Of a stretch of 64,000 nucleotides of DNA, positions 22,461-34,459 are shown piece after piece (within the stretch, counting starts at the first letter, position 1; each line of letters begins with the position of its first letter). Location: NCBI GenBank assembly GCA_015680685.1, contig MNCI01003484.1, forward strand, positions 1,052,918 to 1,116,917, read 5' to 3'. A program made the position numbers and the translations under genes. Below the pieces are notes generated by a model. That model was given only the letters and a program-made list of their open reading frames with translations. It ran no database searches and was not told the origin of the DNA. Source of the stretch: Gnetum montanum. Lineage: Eukaryota; Plantae; Gnetophyta.

Positions 22461-24562
22461 CTCAATTATGGGGGAGATGGCCATTTGTGCTAATCATCCA
22501 TATAACTACTCAATTTTTCTATTTTTTGTTTTCCACATTTTTTATTTTACAAGTTATTTATTTCACATCTTTTTGATTTTCAAAATTCTTTCTATTTTTA
22601 CACCATTTTTTATTTTACATCATTGTTAATACATTTGAATCTTTCTTAGATATCTTACACTTTCTTATATATTTTACTTTGTTTTTTTTTAAGTGTGATT
22701 TTCAAATTGTATACTAATAAACATGCTTTGTGCCAACAGGACATAGTGATGTTGTAGCTACTACTAATGGTGGTTTGTGCTTTATGTTTTGTTTGTTAAT
22801 GTCTAGTTCCTATTCTTGAATTTTTGTACCGAGGGCTAAGTCATGATTTCTTTTTCATGAAACAAGCAGTGAGTCCACGACATCTGCCCATCCACAAACT
22901 CTATGGTTTTTCTTGTTTCGGAAGTTCGAGGTTCCTTTCATTAAATAAAATTTTAATAAATTTGTAACCTTGGTAGTTTTCGAAATTGGGAAAGATTCAA
23001 AGGTTTGCATAGGGTATGAATTCAAGTGGACTCAATACTCTTTATACTCTTCTACTTACTTGGGTGCTCAAGTGTTTTCATGGACTTCTTACATGGTGTG
23101 GTTCCCATTCAAATAAAATAAAATAAAAACAAAAACATGATGGGAATTTAAAGCACACCCCTTAGACAAATAAATGGGCTACAAGAACTAGTTATGGGAC
23201 TAGAAAGACATGTTATCCATGCCTGAAGGTTCCCTCTAACTAAGGCCCTCTCTCACTTCCTACTTCTTCTTTTTTTCTCTTCATGGAATGGTGGTTGTTT
23301 TGTGGGAGCACTATTATGTCTTAAGGAGATGGATTAGTCTTGGATTGATGGTGTGAAGTCATTGAAAGAGATTGGTTTTATTCTAGACTAAGGATGTATC
23401 TTCTCAGGTCATTTTAAATACAAACTCCACAAGGGATTTCTTATGATCTCAATTTAGAATTCCATTCCACCTTCTCCATCATCCATCTCTGCTAACCATC
23501 ACTCACCTCACTATTGAAGTCCATGTTCCTAATTTCATGTCTTGGTCTAATGTATTTGAATTCTTAGGTAGAATCTTTCAGGTTTTGATCCTTAACTTCC
23601 ATCGACCATTAATCATCTATGGGGGCCATGGACTCCTTAGGTTAAGATTATACAAGGGCAAACAAGGCATTTGCCTATTATGGGGAGGACCCACTTGTTT
23701 ATCTTTTGGTTGGGTTTGTTAAGCACATTATCCTTAAGCATTCTTGCAATTAGGATCTTTCATACATCCATCTTATGCATCAAACCATGTGCTCCTTTAC
23801 ATATTTTTTTCAATAAATGCATTTTCTATAAAATTTTTGAATTTTTGAGATTTTAACAACCCTCTTCAATGATTTCTTCATATTCTTGGCTTTTCTAGGT
23901 CTGAATGAACCCCAAATTCATTGAAAAATTCCTTGTATTTTTTTAAGATATTCAAGTTTCAAAAATTTTTTTACGGGCTCCATATATGAGGCCTCGTCAA
24001 TGGAGCGGACCCATATATGAGGCCCTATATATGGGGCCCCATCAATGTGGTAGAAAAATAGTATATATATACATGATTCCACTTAGAAATTTTTACATTT
24101 TCTCACAAACACCAAGGGAGTTTAAAAATTTTTAGAGCCAAGAACCTTCCAAAGCCCATAACTTCCTAATTGTTTATCCAAATCACTTTGTTCTTCAACC
24201 TTGAAGCTATCAGAGGTAAGCTCTTTATCATGGGGGCCACAAATGTGCCATTTTTAATAGAAAAAGTTTCACCATTTTTCTAACTCCCACAAAGGTTTAA
24301 CTAAGAAATCAACTATTAAACACCAAATTACAAGAGTTGAACCTCTCCAACAAGCTTCGGTGACATTTATAATAAATAATTAATAACATAATCAATCTAT
24401 CATGGTCTGACCTTAGCCAAAGTATAAATAACTAACTAGAGAAGGTATTTAAAACTTTAAAGTTACACATTATATCTATTAATCCATGGATGTGTTGTGA
24501 ATGTAGATGACACCAAAAGGGAAGCACACGTAGGAAGCAAAATTATCTCAACCAAGAGAGAA

Positions 24563-27350
24563 ATGTCCTATAATGGGAAGGGGCCAAGAATAGGCCCAAG
24601 AAGAACCACTTGCAACCCACACCACAAGTTCTCTTAGGGAAGAGGTAGAGGTGGAATCTATCCGACAAATTCTAGAACTAGAAGTAACAACAAAACACTC
24701 CCATCAGGATGATGCACTAGTTCAACAAGAAAATCTCGAGGTGACCTTGATAGAAGCTTTTTTAAATCAGAACAGATCGAAAGAGGCCTAGAAAACAATG
24801 CTCCAGGAGTTAAACTTTGGTCCTTTTTTGGAGCAAGCATCAAAAGAAGTGCAAGACCAGTTAAAGGCCCCTCCCATGTGGCCAATCAGCACTACCATTA
24901 GGGAGTGGTACATGAGAGGGACATTCCTATTTTGGAATAATAGGTAGGCTAGTTCAATAGTCAAAATCAAGGACATCTCAGTTTCCTACTCAGTGTAGGC
25001 CATTTCTGAAGTGCTTGGGTTGCAAAAAATAGGGACAAGTCTTGCTAAGATCCCAATGTAGGTAGATCCTAGCATCAAGAAAGAATTTGTGTGACAATGT
25101 TATGATGTCAAGCACAACGAATTTAGCATGCTCACATCAACAAAAAGAATCCATGACAAGATTGCATCCTTCCACCTCAATCCCATGATGAGGCCAAGTA
25201 AAATCACTACCTTTTTTGCCTAAGCATGTGCTACTTTGAGTAGGAGATTCCCTATCAACCTTCCACAGATGATATATCTAGAGATGGAGAAGTAGTTTAA
25301 ACAAAATGAACATGGAAGGAAGACACTCCCCTTTCCATGTCTCATTAGAAAACTTTGTTGGAAGGGAGGAATAGTCTATTATACCAACAATGTTGTCAGG
25401 CATGCTTCAACCACTAACTGGGTGAAGATGATAAAAGACAAGAAGCTGGTAATGACTATTTAAGAAGAGGAGTAGCAACCAACACCTCCACCTGCCACTA
25501 AAATAACTATGAAAAACATTAATGCAATAGCTGAATGGTTGCATGAATATAGAGAATGGATCTTGATTGAAAAAGAGCAATAAGCAGGCACAAGTGGTGG
25601 GGACCCTTATGTGTACAAACTTGCAATGAGTGACCTAAATGAGGTGGCCTAGAAATTAGTTTAATGGATGGAGGTGGATCTATTTTCTTAGCCTAGAAAA
25701 TGTTGTTTCTCATGAGGTCAAATCCTAGTGCTAGAAAGGTCATGGTACCTCTCGTAGAACAACAATCACTCTCAAAAATCTCTAGGAACACCATGACCTT
25801 CTCAATGTGCTTGGACGAAGGTGACGAGGTAGTAGTATTAGTGATGCAACACCAATGGAAGGAGACAGTAGCAAAGGTGGTTGTTGATCATATTACCGAA
25901 ATGGTCAATGTACTTGTGGCATCTATTCCATACATCACTAAACTCAAGGATGTGCAAATGTTTGTAGGAACCACTAGTGGTAGAATAAAATGTAGCACAA
26001 CATGAAGAACTATTGGACTGACTAGTGGGAACTGGGCAGTCACTTCTAGATGTCTTTGATCTTCCAGATAATATTACTACAACCTAGTTATACCTACTAA
26101 AGGCAAGGGGAAAGAACATCATTTTAGAGGGGCAACTCAAGATAGCTAAGAATCTGAATGAATGCTTGGTTGCTAAAGTTACCAAATCAAGGGCCCAGAT
26201 TGCCAACCTTGCATTTCTCAACTTGGCATTGATAAGAGATGAAGCTATTGAAAAAATTCACCCTAAAATGGGTTGAGGGTGCAATGGAAATGGTGATGTT
26301 CTATCAATCCTTGGCAGATGCCACATAGCAAAAAATTCATAAGGCCTTGGATCAGACCCACCAGGAGAATGTGCGATTGACTGTAGAGAACCATTAACTG
26401 CAAAATGTTGATGAGCATAAATAGCAATTAACTGACTTCATCCATCAATAGTAGGAGTAATTGTCTAGAGTAAACATAGTACTAAGGAGATTGATAGCAA
26501 AACACAAAAACCTCTCCATGTAGGAGGTTTGTGCACTTTGCTAGAAAACTGCAATCAAGGTAGCTACCTAGAAATTGAGGGCTCTCTAATTTGAGAGAGT
26601 CAAAGATCATTATAGAAAATAGGTTAGTCTACCAAAGGAAGTGAATGAAAAACACATCTAGTTGGTGAAGGTAAAAGTGAATGAAATCCTCCAACAACTC
26701 TAGCAAGGAAGAGAATTAGGGCAACCCATAGTTGATGGGATAGATGCTTATAACAAGGCGAAAATCCCCATGAAGGAGTTGCAAATTGAGAAGATGATGA
26801 AATACATGGAGCTTTCCAATCTCTAATATGAAAATCTGGCCATGTTGACTATTAAACGACCATAGTTAGAATTAGAAAAGTAGGTGGCCAGCTTGTACTT
26901 ATTGTATGAGGCTGAGTTTAAGCATCACAAAGACACCAAGTAAAACCTTGTAGTGGCAAACACTAAACTTAAAGTTCTGAAGGGCAAGTACACTAGTCAA
27001 AGATCTATCACCAAGAACCTAGCCAAAAGGATGAGTGACTACCAAGAGTAGTAGAATGTAGTTAGGACATTTGATATCGAATGTAAATAGTTCGCTATCT
27101 AGTTTTTCAATGTAAAAGAGATGTTCTTGGTAATGCCATGTTTGTGGGATATCCCCATTCCAACCCACATTGGTGATGCCACATGGATTGTGAATGATCC
27201 CCGAAGTAAGGAGGAGAAGATGAAGGCATTACTAGATGCCTTTCTTCTTCACAGGAGGTTGCATCCACAATAGGATAGCCATAACCGCCTTAGCTACCGC
27301 ATGTGCTTGAAGTCTGTGAAGGTCCTTTAGAACCTTAGGAGCCTCCACCA
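24563..27350 (+). pseudogene. Athila env-like accessory ORF of C (Transposase_32/Athila-ORF1-like domain plus long coiled coil); ends approximate
   Basis: Reading through stops gives VKIKDISVSYS..ISEVLGL..FPINLPQMIYLEM..TLPFPCLIRKLC..GGI. Homologous to 34460-37330 and 39230-41375. Confidence 0.75.
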
Positions 27351-27601
27351 CATGGGACTATTTATTCTTCTCTATCATCTTCATGCCATTAGAGGAAGTG
27401 CTATCCAATTTTATATAGTCATATCATGGTGTTCAAGTTTGTTTCATGAACATCACAATTTTTTGTAATGTGTTGATTTGTACACTCAGGCACTCAATTT
27501 TGTCAAGTTAATTTGTTTTGTTAAGAGTTAGTCAATAATCCTATACCTTCTCAATTTTAAAAAGGAACTCGAGGACGATTTTTCATTCAATCATGGAGGT
27601 A

Positions 27602-28509
27602 TAATGAGTGTCAAAGTGTCACATCAATGGGCCCCTATTGAAGGGGTCCCATTTACGTGGTATTTCCCCCTTGAAGGGTTGCATAGATGTCGTGTTTGCT
27701 ATGTCTATAGGGCCCCAGCGACATAGTCCTATAATAAAAACTATAAATACGAGCTCACAACCATGTTTATGGGGCATCTTATCATAGTAGTAGTCGAACT
27801 CTTGCAATTTTTACATTCAAAATCTAGAATATTTCTCTAAGTGCCCATATCAAAAGTCAAAAAGTGTATGGATCTTTATTCAAGCACTATTGTACTTGGA
27901 CCACACCAGTGTGTATGGCAATAAAGACAAGTCTTTTAATCAAACCTTGCAACACTTAGAATAGAATAATGGTTTATTTATGCATCTATTATTTTCATTA
28001 ATTATGCCATTAATTAATCTAAATTATAATTCAGGTGATTAGTTAATTAATTAAGCTAAATAGAGTAAACATATAAGTATGACTATGTTAAGTGTGAATG
28101 CATATTCACTTGGTAATCCCAACAGCATTATTTCTTGATGCACCCAATAGAGTAGTGCTTGGTAACCCAGTAGTGGATACGTGAGTTCAGGACATGTATG
28201 AAAAGTGGGACTAGATGCTTATGTTAGGACTAGTTAGAGATTAGTTATTAAATTACTTCATCTATCTACTTTAAGTACCAAGGAATATAAAACATAAAAT
28301 AATAAAAATCATATGCCTCGATTACAGTTAACCATACCATTATGCATCACAAGTGTAATTGGAAAGACAATGAATGACCATTAGGCCAAGGTTCACTTTC
28401 TAGAAGACTAGCATGCTAGAAACTATAGAGTCCATGGAATTTGACCAGATGATATGGGAGTGTTTTGTGATTTGTATGGTTGGGCATAGGGGTACCTAGC
28501 CAGTCATCA
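27602..28509 (+). repeat. 3' LTR of C (~908 bp)
   Basis: Starts TAATGAG (decayed TGATGAG) after the decayed PPT AATCATGGAGGTA and ends GTCATCA. Confidence 0.85.
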
Positions 28510-31500
28510 CTTGTCATCAATTAGACCTGCATGGGTATATTATCTAACAACCCTTTATCTCCTCATGGATTTGTAAGCTATACCTCTTTCTCCTATTACT
28601 ATTATTTTCTAAAATATCATCGAATACCTACTTCATGAGCTAAACCTCTTTTCACTTATCCTTCTCACTATCCACCATCTCATCCTGCACCTTCCAATAC
28701 CACTCCTTTTTACTTGCACTACCTATGCAAGGAGAAATTCCACTGCAACCTCAATAATTAAATGTAATAAGGACCATAAACTTACAGCCAGATGATAGTC
28801 TAAGTGATTTTGAGCATAAGTCTTGGAAAAGGACTTTCTAAAGACCTAGCAGTCCACTAAAACCCTTGCATACATTTGTGGTTGTAAATCCTTCTTCCAT
28901 TACTTTTGAAATGACCAACAAGCTACCTTCAAACCAAACATCCCAAAACATGCATACTATCATGTTAACACATGCAGTTACTGATTGAATTATGGTAGGA
29001 CACCTTGTCAGGAAAATATTTGATTCTAGATGTCCCCTAATCTACTTACAAATTGCAAGAAATGAGTTATGTAAAGCTCTATTAGACTCATGTTTTGGGG
29101 TAAACTTAATCTTCCAAGAAATGTATAAAACCTAGAACTTACCCCTACTTAAGAAGCGTAATATCATATTAGAGCTTGCTAGTTAATCCATCACTCTTTC
29201 TTTGGGATTGATAGAGGATATTGTGACCATCATTTATGGATGGTCCTATCCAGCAAATTTTTTGATAATCCACATGGACAAGAGGGACTTCCCTATTATC
29301 GTGGGAAGAGCTTGGCTTAGTACAATTGATGTTAAGATGAAAATTAGAGATCTTTCCCTAGAAATATCTAAGGAAAATGACTTTGGAAAAGTAGAGAAGA
29401 AGAGGATTGCATGCATTATGTATAGATACACAGGGTGCCATTGTATGTAGAAAATATAAGCCATAAAAAGCATGCCCATCATAGCATGCAAGAAGTACAT
29501 TGATATGTCACATGTTCAAAGTTGCTTATATACAATAGCTACAAAATAGGAGGGTACCTAGTGGATGACAACAAATAATAGTTCTGATTTAATAATATGC
29601 ATGGATTAGTTAAGCTCTGTACAAGTGCTTATAACAATAAGATCAATGAAATGGAGAAAATTCAGAACTAACTCTTCCATAAAGAGATAGCACTAGGTTG
29701 GGGGAAGTTGAAAATTCTTGAAAACTTTAAATAAGAAGCCCTTGAATTAAAATATCTATCAAAAACTCTAGAATATATCTATCTTAATAATGGTGAGCTA
29801 GTAATCATTAATGCTAGTCTCACTAAAGAACAAAAAGGAAAGCTACTAAAAGTTATGAACAAATGACCAATAACTTTTGCGTGGTGATATGATGAATTAA
29901 CTAAAATAGATCCACATATATGATAGCATCAAAATTATACAAATTCCACCATCAAACCAAAGAGATAACTACAAAGAAGATTAAATTCCAAGCTAAAACA
30001 AGTGGACAAACATGAAGTTGAAAAACTTCTTAAAGCAGGATTCATCTATCTTATGGAAGATAGTGAGTGGGTAAGTTCACTCATCATGATGTCAAGTAAA
30101 GAAGAATAGTGGAGGATCTATATAGAATTCATGTTATTCAACATGGCCACATTTAGAGATCATTTTCCATTGCCATTTATGGACTAAGTACTAGATACAA
30201 TTTTAGGATACAATTACTACACTTTTCTAGATGGATATAGTGTTCTACAAACAAATCCAAATTACATGAGAAGACCAAGCCAAGATAACTTTTACAAGTC
30301 CTTAGAGGAATTTTTATATAAAAATATGTCCTTTATTCTAGAGTTTCCCTACCTAGTCCTAAGCATCTTTCAATAGTAGATTAGTAGTGGTATGGAAGTT
30401 TTCATGAATAACTTCACCAACTATGGTACTACCTTTGAACATGCATTGGACCATCTTGAGAAACTACTTAAATGATGTGTAGAAATAAACCTATGGTTTA
30501 ATTAGTAAAATAGCCACTTGATGGTCCGATATGGCATTGGCTTTTGGACACAAATGTTTAGGAAAAGAAGCATAGGTAAACCTTGAAAAAGTAAGGGTCA
30601 TCCAAGGAATAACTAAAGAACCTTAAATAGTTAAAGATGTGAGTTCATTCCTTGTTTGAATTGGTTAATATATTTTCTTCATTGAAACTTTCTCTAAAAT
30701 TATCAAACCATTAGTAAAACTTACATAAAAAGATGCAGTCTTTGAATAGACCAAGAAATGTGAACAGGTATTCCTAAACTTAAAGTAGAAGCTTGTAGAA
30801 ACTCCAATTCTATGTGTCCTAGATTGGTCCAAGACATTTTATATCATGAAAGATATATTAAACTATGCCTTGGAAGTAGTGCTTACATAAATGGATAATT
30901 AAAAACATTCATGTTACATCCATTATCTAAGCATAAGCATTGTGTGTGGATAGCCCAACTACACCACTGAAAAAGAACTCATGCTAGTGATGTATGCTTT
31001 GGAAAAATTCAGGCACTATGTGCTTGGATACCGAATTTTTATGCACATAGACCACAATGCAATCTGATTACTAATGAACAAACCAACTAATGTCCTTATG
31101 TTATATGGTGGTTGGTGATCTTACAGAAATTTAAACTTACCATGGTGGATAGAAAAGGAACTAAGAATACAGTTGTAGATCATTTGTCTCAATTACAATG
31201 ACATAGAAATGAGGATGAAGAAAATTTATCTAATTAATTTGTAGATGAACTCCTCTTTGCTAAGTTCATTAAAGTTCAAGCACCAAGGATTATCAATTGG
31301 TATGACAAGTTCCTCATATTTTCTCACATAGGAGACTCCTACAAAGTGGGATAATAGGAAAAAACAACAGTTTCTTCACCAAGTCAAACATTACATGAAA
31401 ATTGAAGGTAACCTCTACAAGGTTTATGATGATGGACTAGTACAGTGGTGTGTACCTAATGCAGATTAGTTGTGATTCCTTTAGGAATTTTATGTAGTTT

Positions 31501-32236
31501 CTTGTGGGGGCCATTATGCAAGAAGGAGGAAAGCCAAAAAGATCCTCACGGTAGGATACTTTTGGCCAACCACCTTTAGCGATGCTCACCATTTCTCTAG
31601 TTTGTATGAGAGGTATCAAAAAGAAGGAGGAATGCCCAACCATATGGAAGGACCTCAAAAGTAAATCCAAACACCAAAGCCTTTCAACTTTTGAAGTATC
31701 AACTTCATGAAACTCATCATTCTCATGTTTAATGGGAAGACCTACAATATAGTTACTACTGACTACTGTACCAAGTGGGCCGAAGCTATAATTGTATCTA
31801 ATTGTACATCTAGCACTATAGCTTAATTCTTTTACCAAAAAGTAATAAATATGTTTGGTGTATCTAAAGTACTAATTTTTAACAATGGGATACATTTTAC
31901 AGGTTCTACTTTTCAAAAGTTAATGCAACACTTGGGGTAGAACATAAACTCATAAAACATTATCACCCTTAAGCAAATAGTCAAGCTAAGGTCACTAATA
32001 GGGAGATCAAAATAATTTTAAGATGAACCATCAATAGATATAGGAAATACTAGAGCACCAAACTAAATGATGCCCTTTGTGCATATCACTCAACGTGAAA
32101 ACTTTCTATAAGCTACTTTCCCTATGAATTGGTGTACAGATAGTTATCAAAACTTCCAATTCAAACTAAACTTTATACACTCACAATGACATTTGAACTT
32201 AACCTAGACATTAAACTAGCATAGAAAGAATGATTT
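28510..32236 (+). pseudogene. pol: pol (and gag tail) of element D, truncated in the integrase C-terminus
   Basis: LGLIEDIVTIIYGWSYPANFLII..DFPIIVGRAWL; RDHFPLPF; FLDGYS; YTTEKELMLV; TKWAEA. Highly degenerate. Confidence 0.87.
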
Positions 32237-33071
32237 ACCTATGAAAAAGTTTTACCTTTATCCTTACCTTTAGAGTTGGGTTGGTTGAGGCCCGATTGAT
32301 TGATACTTCTTCCCTTTCTTATAAGAAGTCATTGAACCCTTCTTGAAAGAACAACCATTTCTTATTCATTGCTCACATCTTGCTCAATAGGTTCCTTTTC
32401 TTTGGATGCTAATTTTAAGGAAATGGACTTTTCTTTTATTGCCCCTTCACTTATCAGATTCATTTCATAAGAAATAAGAGCACTTTGAAGCTCTTCAAAT
32501 TTTAGAATTGAAAAATCTCTAATCTCTCCCATAAATGTAACCTTAGTTCTAAATTTTGGTTGGAGTGTTATAATAATTTTTATTATTGCATCACTTTTAG
32601 GAAAGTCCTTACTTGTACTCCTAATCACAACAACTAGATTATTTTCCCTAGAAAAATAATCCTTTATCTTTTCACCTTCTCTCATTTTGAGTTTGTCGTA
32701 CTCACTTTGCAAGATCAAAAGTTTAGATTCTTTAACTATGGTTGTACCCTCATACATAGCTTTTAAGGTTTTTCAAATTTTCTTAGTAGTTTTACATTTA
32801 GATATTCTATTAAATTAAGACTTATTTAATGTACAATATAAACAATTTTTTACTTTAGAATCATACATAGACTTATTTTTTCTTCTAATGTCCATTAGTT
32901 CCTTGGCTTGATGATCTTTGTTGTACTATTGATAAGTGGTGTGTAGCCTTCAAGGATGGACTCCCATATCTCACACTCCATTGACTCAAGAAATTCTTGC
33001 ATCCTTGCCTTCTAGTAGGCAAAACTGAACTTGTCGAACATTGGTGGCTTTGCATAGGATGTCCCCTTCAT
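32237..33071 (-). pseudogene. gag: Copia gag, broken just before the expected zinc knuckle
   Basis: ATG at 33071 (MKGTSYAKPPMFD); ORF fragment 32362-32757; ends ..KGKDKGKTFS. Confidence 0.85.
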
Positions 33072-33112
33072 AATTCACTCTTGAAAATTAAAGTTGAATG
33101 TAAGAGTACCAA

Positions 33113-33124
33113 GCTCTGATACCA
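33113..33124 (-). promoter_or_regulatory. tRNA-iMet primer-binding site
   Basis: Plus strand GCTCTGATACCA equals minus strand TGGTATCAGAGC, 2 nt from the LTR. Confidence 0.92.
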
Positions 33125-33126
33125 TT

Positions 33127-34271
33127 TGAGGATCAAGAACTTAGAAAGGGGATGAATAAGTTCCTAATTAAAATCATACCTGCCACACAACACACAAAAT
33201 TTTATGTGGTTCCCTAACTTGGATACTTCCATACTCGAAGGGTAGAATCTGTGCACACCTCTAGACTTTGTTTCTCTATCAAATGTAATTTGAAGGACAC
33301 CACACCTTGTACAAGCACTAAGCTCCACATTAGAGTGTTTCATCACTATAAAACCACTCAACCTAGAAAGGTCCCAACAAGATCAAAATGTAATTTCAAG
33401 GATCTCACAACCTTTACAAAATTAAAATCCACTCTAAAGTATTTTAGCACTACAAAACCACTCAATATTGCAAGATCCTGACAAGCTAAATACATATGCC
33501 TTCTCTCAACAAGTACAGTAACCTCACAACGCAACAAGAAAAAGAAAAGATATAAGGAAAGAATGTAACTACAATTACAAGTCCTTGTCATTGCAACTTA
33601 ATTCAACATATAATTAACATACAACCAAGAAGATAATGTGATAATGAAGGACAAGAGTACAGTAGCATAGATATGACAATGATTGCTTTGATGTTGACAA
33701 TACTTTGCTAAATTCCCAAGAATTTGGCTTCTTCTTATAACTTCAAAGTTTCCAAAAACTCCTTAGGATTCATGCAACGACTACCCAATGACTAGTGTAG
33801 ACATCTCCTTTGAAGTTGGGATGTCGACCTAAGATCTACCTCAATTTTGAAGAGACATCTCATTCTAAAGTGTAACATCTCTAGGGAGACGTCTACATTA
33901 AGATGAAGACATCTACTATTTCTGAGAGACATCTACTTATGATTTCTTTCTTTTTGGTAAAGAGATCTCCTTAATTCTTTAAACTTTCATTCTTGAGGAT
34001 TCCTCTCATTAATTTGGCTTCTTCCCAATTCTTGGAGAATCTTTATTTGATTTGTAGTCTTTGAGTTCAATCCATGATTATTCATGTTCTCATGTTGGCT
34101 CATAAGATCTTCACTTTCTCAACTTATTGTAGATCTTGTTTTCTTTTGATTCCTTAGTCCTTATGTGGAGTTCTTGTTCATGTCTTGTAAACACATCATC
34201 CATAACAAACATTCTTTGTTCTCCATTTTCCTTAACGTTTTGACATATCAAAAGGTCAATAGGGGGCATCA
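33127..34271 (-). repeat. SIRE 5' LTR (~1145 bp) with AGAC(A/G)TCT palindrome cluster
   Basis: TG..CA termini; repeated AGACATCT/AGACGTCT at ~33795-33940. Confidence 0.75.
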
Positions 34272-34459
34272 AAACTAAGTTTTTCCTAGAAAATTTCTCT
34301 AACTTCCATGAATAAGATATTAAAATAATATTAAATTAGTCTTCACAAGAGTTAATATCAAGAATCAAACTCGATTAGAATGGGAATAAAATAATATCAT
34401 AAGTATGCATTCATTAAACAAAAACTTAACAATAAAATTCTAACATCTAACCAAGAGAA

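Larger units (their letters stand above)
15548..28509 (+). mobile_element. Athila-like Ty3/gypsy element C, nearly full length and degenerate (partial 5' LTR, PBS, gag-pol, env-like ORF, PPT, 3' LTR)
   Basis: 15548-16170 aligns with ~27900-28509; the gag-PR-RT-RH-INT order is complete; an extra sense ORF follows integrase. Confidence 0.9.
32237..34271 (-). mobile_element. Truncated Ty1/copia SIRE (Sirevirus)-like element: 5' LTR, PBS and gag
   Basis: Gag KPPMFD..YEGTTIVKESKLLILQSEYDKLKMREGEKI..L.SYEM (copia-type); tRNA-iMet PBS TGGTATCAGAGC; LTR end resembling the Sirevirus CTATTCACCCCCCTCTAG motif. Confidence 0.85.

Noticed and set aside
24563-27350. True fusogenic envelope gene
   Set aside because: No visible signal peptide, furin site or clear transmembrane segment; env-like is only a positional label.
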